Of a DNA stretch of 64,000 bases, positions 12,531 to 23,945 are shown piece by piece (position 1 is the stretch's first letter; the number at the start of each line of letters is the position of its first letter). The stretch is taken from contig CAVZVA010000009.1 of NCBI GenBank assembly GCA_963778655.1, positions 768,001 through 832,000 on the forward strand, given 5' to 3'. The DNA comes from an uncultured delta proteobacterium (GTDB lineage Bacteria; Myxococcota_A; Polyangia; Polyangiales; JAFGIB01). Position numbers and translations under genes: made by a program. Under the pieces are notes generated by a model, which made no database searches, was not told the origin of the DNA, and worked only from the letters and a program-made list of their open reading frames with translations.

Positions 12531-13468
12531 GCGAGGTCGGACAGCGGCTGTTGGCGTTCTTCGCGCGCGACGTCTCACTCGTGCTGTGGGACCTCGCGGA
12601 CATCGCGCTGGTCGCGGTGGTGCTGTACTACGTGCTGCTGCTGATCAAGGGCACCCGCGCTGTGCAGATGGGCGTGGGCCTGGCGCTGGTGTTCGTGGTC
12701 TACCAGATGGCCAAGCGGCTGGGCCTGGTCACGCTCTACACCATGCTGGACACCTTGCTCACCTCCCTGGTGTTGATCATCGTGGTGGTCTTTCAGCAGG
12801 ACATCCGGCGCGCGCTGATGCGGTTCGGCCGCAGGCCGCTGCTGACCCCGGCGCGCTCCGCGCTCGAGACCCAGGTGATCGAGGAGGTGGTGCGCGCGGC
12901 GAGCTCACTGGCGCAGAAGCGCGTCGGTGCGTTGATCGTATTCGAGCGGGACGCGTTGCTCGACGAATTCATCGACGAGGGCACGCTGCTCGACGCGGCG
13001 GTCTCCAAGGAGCTGCTCTACAGCATCTTCATCCCCAGCTACGAGAATCCGATGCACGACGGCGCGGTGATCATCCGCGATGGGCGCGTGCACCAGGCCG
13101 GCGCCTTCCTGCCACTCTCGGCCAGCACCAAGCTCGACAAGACGCTGGGCACGCGCCATCGTGCGGCGATCGGGCTGAGCGAGGACACCGACGCGGCGGT
13201 GGTGGTGGTTTCCGAAGAACGCGGCAGCGTGAGCTTGTGCTTCAACGGGAACATCGTGCGCAATCTCGACGCGGCGTCGCTGCGCACGGCGTTGCTGGGC
13301 CTGCTCACCAAGCCGGCGCGCAAGCGCCCCACGCGCGCGAGCAGCCCGGGCGGCGATGCGGTCGCGCGCACCAGCACCCCGCCGCCGTCCAGGCCGTCCC
13401 AGGCCGACCTGCCCAAGCCCGAGGGGGCTCCCGCCGAGCCCGCAGCCAAGGTCGAGGAGGTTTCCTAG
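12527..13468 (+). CDS. cdaA: Diadenylate cyclase CdaA (c-di-AMP synthase)
   Basis: Three N-terminal TM helices, HDGAVII and GTRHRAA catalytic motifs, VVSEERG; GTGA overlap with folP. Confidence 0.93.
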   Translation: MSEVGQRLLAFFARDVSLVLWDLADIALVAVVLYYVLLLIKGTRAVQMGVGLALVFVVYQMAKRLGLVTLYTMLDTLLTSLVLIIVVVFQQDIRRALMRFGRRPLLTPARSALETQVIEEVVRAASSLAQKRVGALIVFERDALLDEFIDEGTLLDAAVSKELLYSIFIPSYENPMHDGAVIIRDGRVHQAGAFLPLSASTKLDKTLGTRHRAAIGLSEDTDAAVVVVSEERGSVSLCFNGNIVRNLDAASLRTALLGLLTKPARKRPTRASSPGGDAVARTSTPPPSRPSQADLPKPEGAPAEPAAKVEEVS

Positions 13469-13490
13469 TGGGGTGCTCGAGGCTCCGTCG

Positions 13491-14456
13491 ATGAACGCCG
13501 CCACGCGACCGCGCGCCCAGGCGGGCGGCATCGGACGGCTGGTGACCGACAACCTCGGCCTGAAGCTGACCTCGATCGCGCTGTCGATCATGCTGTTCTC
13601 GCTGGTGCACAGCGACGTCGACGCGCAGCGCTCGATCTATCTGGACGTGGTGGCGCTGCTGCCCCCGCCCAGCTCCGGCAAGATGCTGATCAGCGAGCTG
13701 CCGGCCCAGGTCAAGGTGACCCTGCGCGGAAGCCGCTCCAAGCTCAACGGCCTGTCGCGCGACCAGTTGCTGCCGCTGCAGCTCGATCTGCGCCAGGTGC
13801 CCAGCGGCAACTACTACATCGATCCGCATTCGCTCGATCTGGGCAGCAACATCCAGGTGGTCGAGATCACGCCCTCGGTCGTGCCGCTGACCTGGGCGGT
13901 GGCGGCGCAGAAGCGCGTGCCGGTGCAGGTGGAGCTGGAGGGCGAGCTCGACAGCGGCTTCAGTCTGCGCGGTGAGGCTCAGGCGGAGCCGGCCACCATC
14001 ACCCTGCGCGGCCCGGAGAAGCGGCTGCAGAGCTTGGACACTGTGTCGACCGATCCGGTGTCGCTGGTCGGGCTGGGGCTCGGCACCCACCGCCGGCGGG
14101 TCTCGCTGATGGCGCTGCCCGACCACGTCGCCTATGTCGAGGACACCTCGGTCGAGGTCAAGCTGACGGTGGTGCCGGTGCTGGCCGAGCGCACGCTCAA
14201 GCGGCTGCAGATCGCGGTGGTGGGCGACGGCCACGCGCTCTTGCGTCCGGAGCGCGCGGAGGTCACGCTGCGCGGTCCGCGCAAGCTGCTCGACGACCTC
14301 GATCCGGACCTGATCGTGCCGTACGTCGAGCTGCCCGCGGGCGCCGCGGGCGCAGGCGGTTCCTATGACGTCAAGCTGCGCGACGTGCCCGAGGGCGTCG
14401 ACGTGGTCCGTGTGTTGCCACCCAACGTGTTGGTGTGGCTGAAAGGCAAGCGATGA
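13491..14456 (+). CDS. cdaR: CdaR / YbbR-domain regulator
   Basis: NLGLKLTSIALSIMLF N-terminal TM, repeated V(T/K)LRG beta motifs; follows cdaA. Confidence 0.8.
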   Translation: MNAATRPRAQAGGIGRLVTDNLGLKLTSIALSIMLFSLVHSDVDAQRSIYLDVVALLPPPSSGKMLISELPAQVKVTLRGSRSKLNGLSRDQLLPLQLDLRQVPSGNYYIDPHSLDLGSNIQVVEITPSVVPLTWAVAAQKRVPVQVELEGELDSGFSLRGEAQAEPATITLRGPEKRLQSLDTVSTDPVSLVGLGLGTHRRRVSLMALPDHVAYVEDTSVEVKLTVVPVLAERTLKRLQIAVVGDGHALLRPERAEVTLRGPRKLLDDLDPDLIVPYVELPAGAAGAGGSYDVKLRDVPEGVDVVRVLPPNVLVWLKGKR

Positions 14457-15448
14457 GGTGCACGTGGATGATGGCGGCAGCCGTGCTGGCCGCGTCGATC
14501 GCCGGCTGTGGCGCCGGCTCCGAGACACCTGCGGCCAAGGCCGCCAAGCCGGGCGCGACGGCCAACGCGGGCGCGGCCGACCCGTGTGGCGAGTACGCCC
14601 AGCGCCTGTGCACGGAGCTGGGCACCCGCACCGAGTCCTGCCGCGCGGTGCTGGGCGTGGTGGGCTTCATGTCCCCGCGCGCGTGCACGGCGGGGCTGGC
14701 GGATTTCGACTCCACGCTGGCGCGCATCGCCGAGCTGCGCAAGGTCTGCGATAGCGTGGCCGACAAGGTGTGCCAGGCGCTTGGCGCCGAGAGCGAAGGC
14801 TGCCAGGCGATTCGGCAAAACCTGCCCGACATCCCGCCCGGCCACTGCCCGGCCTTGCAGCGCGACCAGGCCCAACTGCTGGCCGCGCTGCGACAGCGGG
14901 AGGCTTTGGGCCAACCGTTGAGCGACGAGCGCTGGCAGGCCCTGACCGCGGGCGAGCCCGCGGGTTTCGGCGCCAAGGACGCGCCCGTGGTGGTGGTCGA
15001 GTTCTCCGATTTTCAGTGCCCGTATTGCGCGCAGGCAGCCGAGACCGTGAAGCGCCTCCGGCAGGAGTACGGTGCGCGCATTCGCTTCGTGTTTCGCAAT
15101 TTCCCCTTGCCGTTCCACCCCAACGCCCAGGGCGCGGCGCAGGCCGCCATGGCGGCGCTGCGGCAGGGTAAGTTCTGGGAGTTCCACGACCTGTTGTTCG
15201 GCAACCAGAACGCGCTCGGTCCCGACGAGCTGCTGGGTTATGCGCGCAGCCTCGGGCTCGATCTGGACGCCTTCCGCGCGGCCTCGGCGGATGCGACGAT
15301 CGCCAAGCAGGTAGCCGACGACGTCGGGCTGGGCGAGAGCGTCCAGGTGCAAGGCACGCCGACCATGTTCATCGACAAGCAGCGCATCGACGACCCCACC
15401 GACTATGCCGCCGTGACCCGCGTCTTGGACCGAGAGCTGGCGAGGTAG
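14453..15448 (+). CDS. DsbA/thioredoxin-fold lipoprotein with Cys-rich N-terminal domain
   Basis: Lipobox IAGC, EFSDFQCPYC, FPLPFH, GTPT; ATGA overlap with cdaR. Confidence 0.88.
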   Translation: MRCTWMMAAAVLAASIAGCGAGSETPAAKAAKPGATANAGAADPCGEYAQRLCTELGTRTESCRAVLGVVGFMSPRACTAGLADFDSTLARIAELRKVCDSVADKVCQALGAESEGCQAIRQNLPDIPPGHCPALQRDQAQLLAALRQREALGQPLSDERWQALTAGEPAGFGAKDAPVVVVEFSDFQCPYCAQAAETVKRLRQEYGARIRFVFRNFPLPFHPNAQGAAQAAMAALRQGKFWEFHDLLFGNQNALGPDELLGYARSLGLDLDAFRAASADATIAKQVADDVGLGESVQVQGTPTMFIDKQRIDDPTDYAAVTRVLDRELAR

Positions 15449-15450
15449 GA

Positions 15451-15472
15451 GGGTAGGGCGAAGCCCTCGCCC
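15451..15472. terminator. Hairpin between convergent genes (possible terminator)
   Basis: AGGGC-GAA-GCCCT at 15455-15467; no U-tract. Confidence 0.3.
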
Positions 15473-15478
15473 GGGCAG

Positions 15479-16837
15479 CTACGTGCACTCGTGCTCGGCG
15501 ACCTGGGCGATCTCGTGGGCCAGGCCGTCGATCTGGCTTGGGTCCGGGCCTTCGACCAAGATGCGCAGCTTGGCCTCGGTGCCGCTCCAGCGCACCAGCA
15601 CGCGCCCGTTGCCGTCGAGCTTCTCCTCGGCGGCCCGGATCGAAGCGCGCGTCTTGGGCAGCTCCTCGAGCGGCTTCTTGACCGGCAGCGCGACGTTGAC
15701 CAGCACCTGCGGCACGTGCTCGATCACCTCCGCCGCCAGCTCCGACAGCGGCCGCTGCTCGCGCACCACGATCTCGAGCACCTGCAGCGCTGCGATCAGG
15801 CCGTCGCCGGTGCGCGCGTGGTCCAGGAAGATCAGGTGGCCCGACTGCTCGCCGCCGAAGTTGAGACCCCCGCTGCGCATCGCCTCGACCACGTAGCGGT
15901 CGCCCACGTCGACGCGCATCAGCTTGCCGTTTTCGCGCGCGAGCGCGTGCTCGAGGCCGATGCTCGACATCACCGTGGTGACCACGGTGCGCGCTCGCAG
16001 CGTGTCCTTGCGCAGCATGCGCGTGGCGCAAAGGGCGATCACGGTGTCGCCGTTGAGCTGGTCGCCGTGCTCGTCGATCAGGACCACGCGGTCGGCGTCG
16101 CCGTCGATCGCGATGCCGATGTGCGCCTTGCGGCGGCGCACCTGATTGGCGCAGTTTTCGGGGTAGACCGCGCCACAGTCGTCATTGATATTGCGGCCGT
16201 TGGGGCGCACGCCGATGGCGTGGACGTCGGCGCCCAGCTCCGAGAACACCTCTGGCGCCGTGGCGTAGGCCGCCCCGTTGGCCGCGTCGACCACCACCTT
16301 CAGCCCCTCGAGCGTGAGGTCCGAGGAGAGCGTTGACTTGACGAACTGCACGTAGCGCCCGCGCGCGCTCTCCAGCCGCTCGGCGCTGCCGACGTGCACG
16401 CCGGTAGGACGGTCGCTGACCAGCTCCTCGCTGTCCATCAGCCGCTCCAGCTCCTCCTCGCTCTCGTCGGGCAGCTTGAAGCCGTCCGGACCGAACACCT
16501 TGAGCCCGTTGTCGTAGTACGGGTTGTGCGAGGCGCTGATCACGATGCCGGCGTCGGCGCGCATGCTCTGGGTGAGCAGCGCCACGGCCGGCGTGGGCAG
16601 CGGGCCGGTGAGCAGCACGCGGCCGCCCATGGCGCAGATCCCCGAGCACAGCGCGTACTCGAACAGGTAGCTCGAGATGCGAGTGTCCTTGCCGATCACC
16701 ACCCGCGGCTGGTGGCGAACGCGCCGGCGCGCCTGGTAGGCGACCGCGGCGCCCAGCCGAAAGGTGACCTCCGGCGTCATGTTGCCTTCGTTGGCGCGGC
16801 CGCGAACGCCGTCCGTGCCGAATAGCTTTCTCGCCAT
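15479..16837 (-). CDS. glmM: Phosphoglucosamine mutase
   Basis: LFGTDGVRG, ISASHNP, DGDADR, GGEQSGH, SGTE. Confidence 0.96.
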   Translation of the reverse strand: MARKLFGTDGVRGRANEGNMTPEVTFRLGAAVAYQARRRVRHQPRVVIGKDTRISSYLFEYALCSGICAMGGRVLLTGPLPTPAVALLTQSMRADAGIVISASHNPYYDNGLKVFGPDGFKLPDESEEELERLMDSEELVSDRPTGVHVGSAERLESARGRYVQFVKSTLSSDLTLEGLKVVVDAANGAAYATAPEVFSELGADVHAIGVRPNGRNINDDCGAVYPENCANQVRRRKAHIGIAIDGDADRVVLIDEHGDQLNGDTVIALCATRMLRKDTLRARTVVTTVMSSIGLEHALARENGKLMRVDVGDRYVVEAMRSGGLNFGGEQSGHLIFLDHARTGDGLIAALQVLEIVVREQRPLSELAAEVIEHVPQVLVNVALPVKKPLEELPKTRASIRAAEEKLDGNGRVLVRWSGTEAKLRILVEGPDPSQIDGLAHEIAQVAEHECT

Positions 16838-16878
16838 GTGTGCTGCCGTCCTTCCGGGTTGCGGGCCCGGTCGCTAAG

Positions 16879-16961
16879 AATCACAGGAAGGCGGGAAGAG
16901 GGGAAGCACCTCGCGTGTCGAACAACCGCCGGTTCTTCCCGTCTTCCCGCCTTGCTGTTGC
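16879..16961. repeat. REP-like palindromic element, copy 2
   Basis: AATCACAGGAAGGCGGGAAGAGGGGAAG ... CTTCCCGTCTTCCCGCCTTGCTGTTGC. Confidence 0.75.
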
Positions 16962-17025
16962 ATCCTCTTGGCCCGGGTCAGCCTCGACTTTGGCTCACTC
17001 TCGGGGTGGGAGCCAGTGATCCCGA

Positions 17026-20000
17026 TCACGGCTCCCACAGCACGTCCACACCCCAGTTGTCGGGCGCGAAGCGACCCGAGCCCACGATATTGTGAGGGAA
17101 GTAGAGCTCGATCAAGAACTGTAGCGAGGAGGTGGTGCTCCCGCCGCTCTGCTCGGCGGCGGTGCCGGTGGAGCTCGGCGTGTACACCCCGCCCTCGACG
17201 TAGACGCGCTGCACCAGCTTGCGCATGAACTTGGGGATGATCGATTCGGTCGAGAAGCCCGCTTTGACCTGCTGGGCGCCCGAGCTGGTGCGCTCCAGCC
17301 CGATGCGCGGCGTGAAAGCGGACAGCTCGTGCTGCACGCCCAGGGTCAGCACGCCGCTCACGATGCCGGAGGCGAACTCGTCCTGGGCGTCGACCGATTC
17401 CTGGGCCAGGTCCGGGTCGTCCGCGGAGCACTGGCCCGAGACCAGGTAGGTGATCGCGCCCGACTCCCCGGGGCAGACGTCCGAGGAGAAGGTCACGACC
17501 GGCTCGGCCAGGGTGCCGGTGACCGAAACCGTGACCGGGGAGGTGCCGGCCACCTCGGTCTTCTGGGTGGCGACCAGCAGCACGTCGGGGTTGAGCTCGG
17601 TGCCGCCGTTGAAGCGCAGCGAGCCGCTGCTGATCCCGAAGCGCTTGCCGAAGAATCTCGAACTGGCCGCTGCCGAAGGTGATGTAGCCGCCCACGGTCA
17701 GGTCGGGGTTGCGGTAGCTGACCGCCAGCTCGGTCGCGATGTCGGCCTGGAAGTCGTTGCGGTGCACATTGAGCTTGCGCTTGCCCTGGATCACCAGCTC
17801 GATCGGGTAGGGCTCGGCCCGTTGCTCGGGCGGGGCCGTGGTGACCACGACCTCGGGGTTGGGGTCGAGCGGCTGCAGCGTGCGGTTGGTGACGTCGGGC
17901 AGCCGCACGTCGAGCTGCTGCAGCTCGATCACCGCGTGCGCTCGCTCGGGCGTGATGTCCGCGTCGACCGCCGCGCCTCCGCTCAGCCAGGCGGTATCGA
18001 CGCCCTCGCGCTTGATCGGCAGCTGGGTGGCGCGCAGCGCCAGCCGCAGCCGCTGCGGCCACAACCCCACGAAGCCGATGCCGCCGACCGCCTCGAGTCG
18101 CCCGTCGCCAGCCTGCGCCTGCAGGTGCTCCAGCCGCGCCCAGTCGCCCAGGAAGGTCAGCCGCGCGGTGATGTTGGTGAGCTCCTGGCCGGTGCTGACC
18201 AGGTACAGGCGCCCCCCGCTGATGTTGAGCTGGCCGCTGGTCTGCGGCCGCTTGGGCGTGCCGCTGACCTTCACCTGGCCGTAGGCGGTGGCCTCCGCGT
18301 TGAGCACGCCCGGGATGCGATCCATCAGCGGCTTGAGCTGTGAGCCTTCGAAGCGCAGCAGCGCCTGCAACGCGCCGTTTTCGTCCGGCGTCGGAAGCAC
18401 GTGCAGTCGCTGCCAGCTCACCTTGAGCTTGCCCTGGAGCGTGGTCGCGCCGCCGTGACAGCCCTGCATCTGGCCCGCGCCCGAGAGCGTTTCCTTGTCG
18501 GCGCTGGCGTCGAAATGCACCTTGATCGGGTCGCCCTGGCAGCTCGGCACCACCGTGCGCTTGCGCAGGCCGGCATTGTCGGCGCGCGGCACGAAGCTGG
18601 CATCCAGCGCAACCGACAGCAGCGGGTGGTCGGTCAGGCCTGAGGCGAGCTCGAGCTCAGCGCCGAGCGTGCCCTGCCCCAGCTCACACAGGTAGGGCAG
18701 CGTCTCGATCGAGCGCGCGTCGAGCTTGCCGCTGGCGTGCAGCAGCTTCGGCATCTCCATCCGACCGCGCTCCGCCCAGCGGTCGACCGGCGTGTCCAGC
18801 TGCAGCTCCAGATTGCCGACGCGATTGCTGCCCGCGAACAGCGTGAGGCTAATGCTCGAGGCCTCGTTCTGCAGCTGCAGCGCGCCTCGCACCTCGGGCT
18901 TCAAGGCGCCCCCGCACGAGGAGCCGCCCAGCTCCTTTGTGTAGGCGCCGTCGAAGCGCACCGTGCCGGAGCTGGCGCCGCCGCTGCGCTGCAGGTCGAA
19001 CTCGGCGCTGACCGCGATCGGGTAGGGCAGGCTCAGGGGCTGCGGCATGCGCGCCAGCGGGCGCCTGCTGACCTGGCCGGAGACGTGCCAGGGCCCGTGC
19101 ATCAGGGTGCGCGCCAGCAGCTCTGGCTCCGCCATCAACGCGTGCCAGTCGAGCTGCAGGTCGCCACTCGCGCTGAGCAGCGGGCCGTGCTCGTCGGCGA
19201 CCGAGACGCGCGTGTTGAGCTCGCCGCGCGCATAGCCACCGCTGGCGGCGATCGACAGCGGCGACCAGCCCGGAGCGGTGAGCGAATCCAGCCGCAGCTC
19301 GCCCTCGAAGCTCGGATCGTCGAGCGTCCCGGTGAAGCGCAGGCTGCCCGAGAGCGTACCCGACAGGCCTCGCTGCTGCGCCTGGGGCAGCAGCGAGAGC
19401 GAGATGGACTGGCCGCTCAGCTCGAGCTGGTAGCTGCCCAGACGCAGCGCCTTGACCGGATCCGAGAGGCTGCGATCGATGCGCCCGCTGCCGGTGACCC
19501 GAAACGCCCCGCGGTCGCCGAGGTCGACGTCGCCGTCGGTCTCGATAGCGCCCGCCCGGTAGGTGATCAGGTAGAGCGCGTTGACGCCTTTGACGCCCTG
19601 GACCACGCCGTCCCGCAGCGCGCCCTGCAGGCTCAGGTCCGGGCTACTGAGGTCGCCCTTGAGCACCACATGGGCGTCGGCCCGCCCCTCGCTCACCGGC
19701 AGCCGCTCGCCCAGCAATGCCCGCAGCGCCGCCAGGTCGAAGTCCTGCAGCTGCGCATCGAGCGCGTCGTCGCCGTGAAAGCGCACGATGCCGTGCGCCT
19801 CCAGACGCTGCGAACGGCTGGCCAGGCGTAGCAGCCCGAGCTCGACCGACTGCTGCCCGATCACGCGTAACTCGTGCATCGCGCCGCGCCACGAGCCCTC
19901 GCCCACGGTGAGCTCGATCGGGTCGGCGTCGATCACCACGCCGGTCGCATCCGCGGTGATGCGGGCGCTGACGTTGAAGGTGCGCTTGCCGGCGGAGTTG

Positions 20001-21598
20001 AACTCGCCGTCGGCGGTGTACTGGCGCGGGCCGCCGCGCAGCGCCAGGCTGGGGTCGCCCAACAGGTAGTCGCCCAGGCGCAGGTCGCTGCCAGAGACCC
20101 TGACGTTGAGCCGCGGCCGCTCCGGATCGCCGTGGGCGCTGCCGCGCAGCGTAAGGCGCTTGGCGGCGATCACGCCGTAGCGGAAGTTGCTGAGCGAGAG
20201 CTGGCCGTCGAAGTCGAGCTTGGCCTGGCCCACCTGCTGGGTGCGCACGTGCAGCGAGACGTCGAGACGCCCGCTGGCGTCAGGCACGATGCGCTTGAGG
20301 TTCGGGTCGGCCCCGATGTCGTTGAAGCTCGCGGTCAGGTCGAATGCGATGGCGCCGGTCTTTTCGATCCGGCCGTGGCCCAGGATGCGTGCGTTGCGGC
20401 TGCGCGCGTCGATGCGATCGATGCGTAGCCCGGTGTCCTCGATCACGGCGTCGAGGCTGAAGCCCGGTATTGCAAGCTTGCCGTAGAGCAGCGGCTCGAC
20501 CTCGGCGTGCAGGCTGGGTTGCTCTGCGCCCTTGGGCGAGTCGATGTGCAGCGAGCCGTCCACGACCAGCTTGGGATAGTCCGGGAACAGGCGCGCGACC
20601 TCGAGCGCGTCACTCTGTAGCGTGACCGCGACGCCGCGCTGCTGGGAGATGCTGCCGTTGATGGCGACGTGGCCGGCGTCGGTGTCGAGCTGCGCGTTCA
20701 GCGCCAGGTCGCCGACGGGTCCTTGCAGGCTCAGGTCGCCCGATACCGGAATCGCGAGCGCGGGCACCCAGCCGTAGCCCAGGCCCTGCAACGTGGCCGA
20801 GGTGACGCGCTGGGCGTGGACCTCGAGCGTGAGTTGCTGCGCGGCCTTGGGTCGATGCTTGGGCGTACCGTAGCGAATCACCGCCGAGGCCTGCTCCTGA
20901 TCGCGGTGGGTGTTGGCGTGCAGCACCACGCCTTCGCTGGTGACCGTGGAGATCGTGCCCGAGAGCGCGTCGAGGTGGCCGACGAAACCGAAGGGCTGCG
21001 TCAGGCTGCCCCGCGCGTGGTCGATGCGCACGTGGAGCTCGCGGCCGATGTCCATGGCGCCGCCGGCGCTCAGGTCGGGCACGCGCAGGTCGTGCAAACC
21101 GAGCAGGTCGCCGGTCAGCAGCACGCGCGTGAGCTCGATGCCGTCCACGCGCACGTGCAACGGCTCCCCGCTCGAGGGTGCGGAAGTTGCCGAGCGCGGC
21201 GCGTCGAATGTGGAGAGCAGCGTGGGCAAGCCTTCGCCTTCGTCGTAGAGGCGCACGGTCGCGCCATCGAGCTTGGCGGATGCGAGGCGCCACTGACCGG
21301 CCAGGGCCGCGGCCAGGTCGGGACGCAGCACCAGCCGATCGGCCACGATGATGCGGCGGCCGTCGGCGTCGAACAGCACCACGCGGCGCGCCACCACCTC
21401 CAGGGGCGAAACGCGCTCGAGCCTGCCGATCGCCAGCCCGCCGCGGATCGCATGCGAGACCGTGTCGCTGAGCCACGCGGCTGCGGCTCGCCGCGCCAGC
21501 GGCAGCTGCAGGTGGACCGCCAGGCTGGCGGCGAGGCAAGCCGCGACCAGCAGCAGGGCGCAGAGCGCCGCAGCCGCCACGCGCAGCAGGCGGCGCAT
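17026..21598 (-). CDS. tamB: Translocation/assembly module TamB (AsmA-like/DUF490), frameshifted near 17655
   Basis: N-terminal anchor, ~1500 aa of beta-rich repeats; removing one T gives GKRFGISSGSLRFNGGTELNPDVL continuing into ORF 17026-17583; overlaps tamA stop. Confidence 0.82.
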
Positions 21599-23784
21599 CA
21601 GAAGGCCTCCCCGATGGTGAAGCTCACCGCGCCGTCGGCAAGGCCGAACACCTTGGACTGCGGGATATTGGTGCGCAGGCGCTCGTCCTTGCCGATGGTC
21701 TGCAGCGCGGGCGGCGCCAGCGCCGCGTCCAACCGCAGCGGGCCCACGATGGTGCGGTAGCGCAGGCCGATGCCGAGGCTGGTCTGCGGATACTGGAAGC
21801 GGTAGGTGGTGCCGCGCGAGACGTCGCCGGCGTCGGCGAACAACACAGTGCCGAAGCTCTCGGTCACCGGGATGCGCAGCTCGAGCGAGGCCTCCCACTG
21901 CCGCAGGCCGCCGCTGATCAGGCGCGAGGTGCCGTTGCTGTCGATGATCTCGGCGTCGCCTAGGGTGTTGGGGGCGTAGCCGCGCACGCTGTTGTGACCT
22001 CCGCCGCGCAGCCGGTGCGTGATCGGTCCGAGCGCCGCCAGATCCTTCAGGAACAGGATGCGGGTGGCGTCATTGGCCGCCGAGGGTGCGGGGATCTCGA
22101 TGCTGCTGCGGGTGACCTCCATGAAGCCCAGGCGCGCGCGGCCCGCCAGCACCAGGCCGCCCGGCAAGGGGATGTACCCGCGGGCGTCGCCGGTCAGGCG
22201 CACGTAGTTCCACGCGCTCGGCAGGAAGTAGCCGGCGTGCTGGACGCCGAGCGTGAAGAAGCTGCCGCGGTGGGTGTTGCGCGGATCGTCGCGTAGATCG
22301 AGCCGCGCTACGTGGTAGAGATAGGTGAGCTCGTAGTCGGGGTAGGGGTCTTGCTTGTCGGGCAGGAACAGATCGGAGTTGACGCTGCTGGAGACCAGCA
22401 ACTTGCCCTGGAAGAAGTACCGCTCGGGCCCGATGCCGGCCACCACCACGTGGCGCTGGAAGTTTCCGCCGTATTGGTCAGGGCCGCGGTCCCAGCGCAC
22501 CCGGGCCACCAGCGTGGTGCGCGACTCGATGAAGGACGGCTGCCGCAGCTCGGTGGTCAGCAGGTTGCCGGGCCTGGGCTTGGAGGTGCCGGGAAAGGGT
22601 TGGTCGAAGACCAGCCGCGGGCGGTCCTCGATGCGCAGCTTGCGCATGCCGCCGAGGAAGTTGCGGTGCTCGATCTTGCCGAGCAGGTGCACGTCCCACT
22701 GCGCGTAGCTGTCGCCGGTGGCGGCGAGGTCGCCTTCCTGGGTGAAGAAGCCGCCCGAGTCCATGCCCACGCCGACGCCGAAGCGGAACATGCGTCCGGG
22801 CACCACGTGGATGACCGCGTCGACCGAGTTGTCCGGTTGCGGCACGTGCTGCACGTCGACCGACGCGAACGGCCCGAGCGCGTAGACCGCGTAGCGCGCG
22901 TCGCGCAGCGCGCTCAAGCTGAACGGGCTGCCGCGCTTGAGGCTGGCGGCCGCCAGGATCGGCCGCGACGGCAGGTTGCGGTTGCCCTCCACGGTCACGT
23001 TGCCGAAATGGCAGCGCGGCCCGGCCGCGACGTGCAGCTCGACGCGCGCCAGGTTGCGTTCCGGGTCGACGCTCACCGCACCGGTCACGGCGGCCTTGGC
23101 GTAGGACGCCTCCTGCAGCACCTCGAGCAGCGCGCGCTTGCTGCGCTCGTAGAAGGCCTCGTCGAAGGGCTCGCCCGGGTGCAGCTGCAACGCCTGGTTG
23201 AGATCGCGCTTGAGGCCCGGGTCCAGGCCGGTCAGCCCATCGAGCGAGAGCCGCACGATCAGCACCGGCTCGCCTTCCTTGACGTCGATCGAGACGTCGA
23301 CTTCGCGCGCGGCCTCGTCCCGCTTCAGGTTCGTGTCGGTCACGCGCGCGCCGTAGTAGCCGCGCGCGACGTACCAGCGCTCGATGCGGTCGACGTCGCG
23401 CGCGAACGCGGTCTGGTTGAAGATCGGCCACTCGGTCCAGGGCCAGGCCCACAGGTCGACGTGCGTGCGGCCGGCGTCGAACGGCGGCTCGCCGCACTGC
23501 GGCACCGGCGCACCGCCGAGCACGAAGCCGAAGCGCTCGCGCTCGTGCGTGGCCAGGCAGGCTTTGATCGCGTCGGGGTCCATGTTCTCGGTGCCCCGTA
23601 TCTCGATTGATGACACGCCGTACGAGCCCTTGGGCACGCTCGCGCAACCGATCAGGACGCCGCAGCCGATCAGCGTGGCAAGCTGGCACAGGCCTGCCTG
23701 TAACGAAGGGCGCTGTGGTACGTACCGTGTCAACAGGGCGTCGTATTCCGCTTCCGCCGCTATGTGATGTGCCGATTTCGCCAC
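21598..23784 (-). CDS. BamA/TamA-family Omp85 protein
   Basis: POTRA-like segments, GGHNSVRGY, GLRYRTIVGPLRLD, C-terminal IGEAF. Confidence 0.9.
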   Translation of the reverse strand: MAKSAHHIAAEAEYDALLTRYVPQRPSLQAGLCQLATLIGCGVLIGCASVPKGSYGVSSIEIRGTENMDPDAIKACLATHERERFGFVLGGAPVPQCGEPPFDAGRTHVDLWAWPWTEWPIFNQTAFARDVDRIERWYVARGYYGARVTDTNLKRDEAAREVDVSIDVKEGEPVLIVRLSLDGLTGLDPGLKRDLNQALQLHPGEPFDEAFYERSKRALLEVLQEASYAKAAVTGAVSVDPERNLARVELHVAAGPRCHFGNVTVEGNRNLPSRPILAAASLKRGSPFSLSALRDARYAVYALGPFASVDVQHVPQPDNSVDAVIHVVPGRMFRFGVGVGMDSGGFFTQEGDLAATGDSYAQWDVHLLGKIEHRNFLGGMRKLRIEDRPRLVFDQPFPGTSKPRPGNLLTTELRQPSFIESRTTLVARVRWDRGPDQYGGNFQRHVVVAGIGPERYFFQGKLLVSSSVNSDLFLPDKQDPYPDYELTYLYHVARLDLRDDPRNTHRGSFFTLGVQHAGYFLPSAWNYVRLTGDARGYIPLPGGLVLAGRARLGFMEVTRSSIEIPAPSAANDATRILFLKDLAALGPITHRLRGGGHNSVRGYAPNTLGDAEIIDSNGTSRLISGGLRQWEASLELRIPVTESFGTVLFADAGDVSRGTTYRFQYPQTSLGIGLRYRTIVGPLRLDAALAPPALQTIGKDERLRTNIPQSKVFGLADGAVSFTIGEAF

Positions 23785-23945
23785 GAACGGGCTCCTGTCG
23801 GCGCGCTCATGCCAGCCCTTGCCAAGCCCGGGGAATCATGATCACGTCAGCACAGAGTGGGTCGGAGGTGGCGGCGGTAGTGGTTTGCAGCAGCGGCGCG
23901 AAATGCGGCGCGGTGAGCCCTGCGGCCTGCAGGTGAGGTTGCCAT

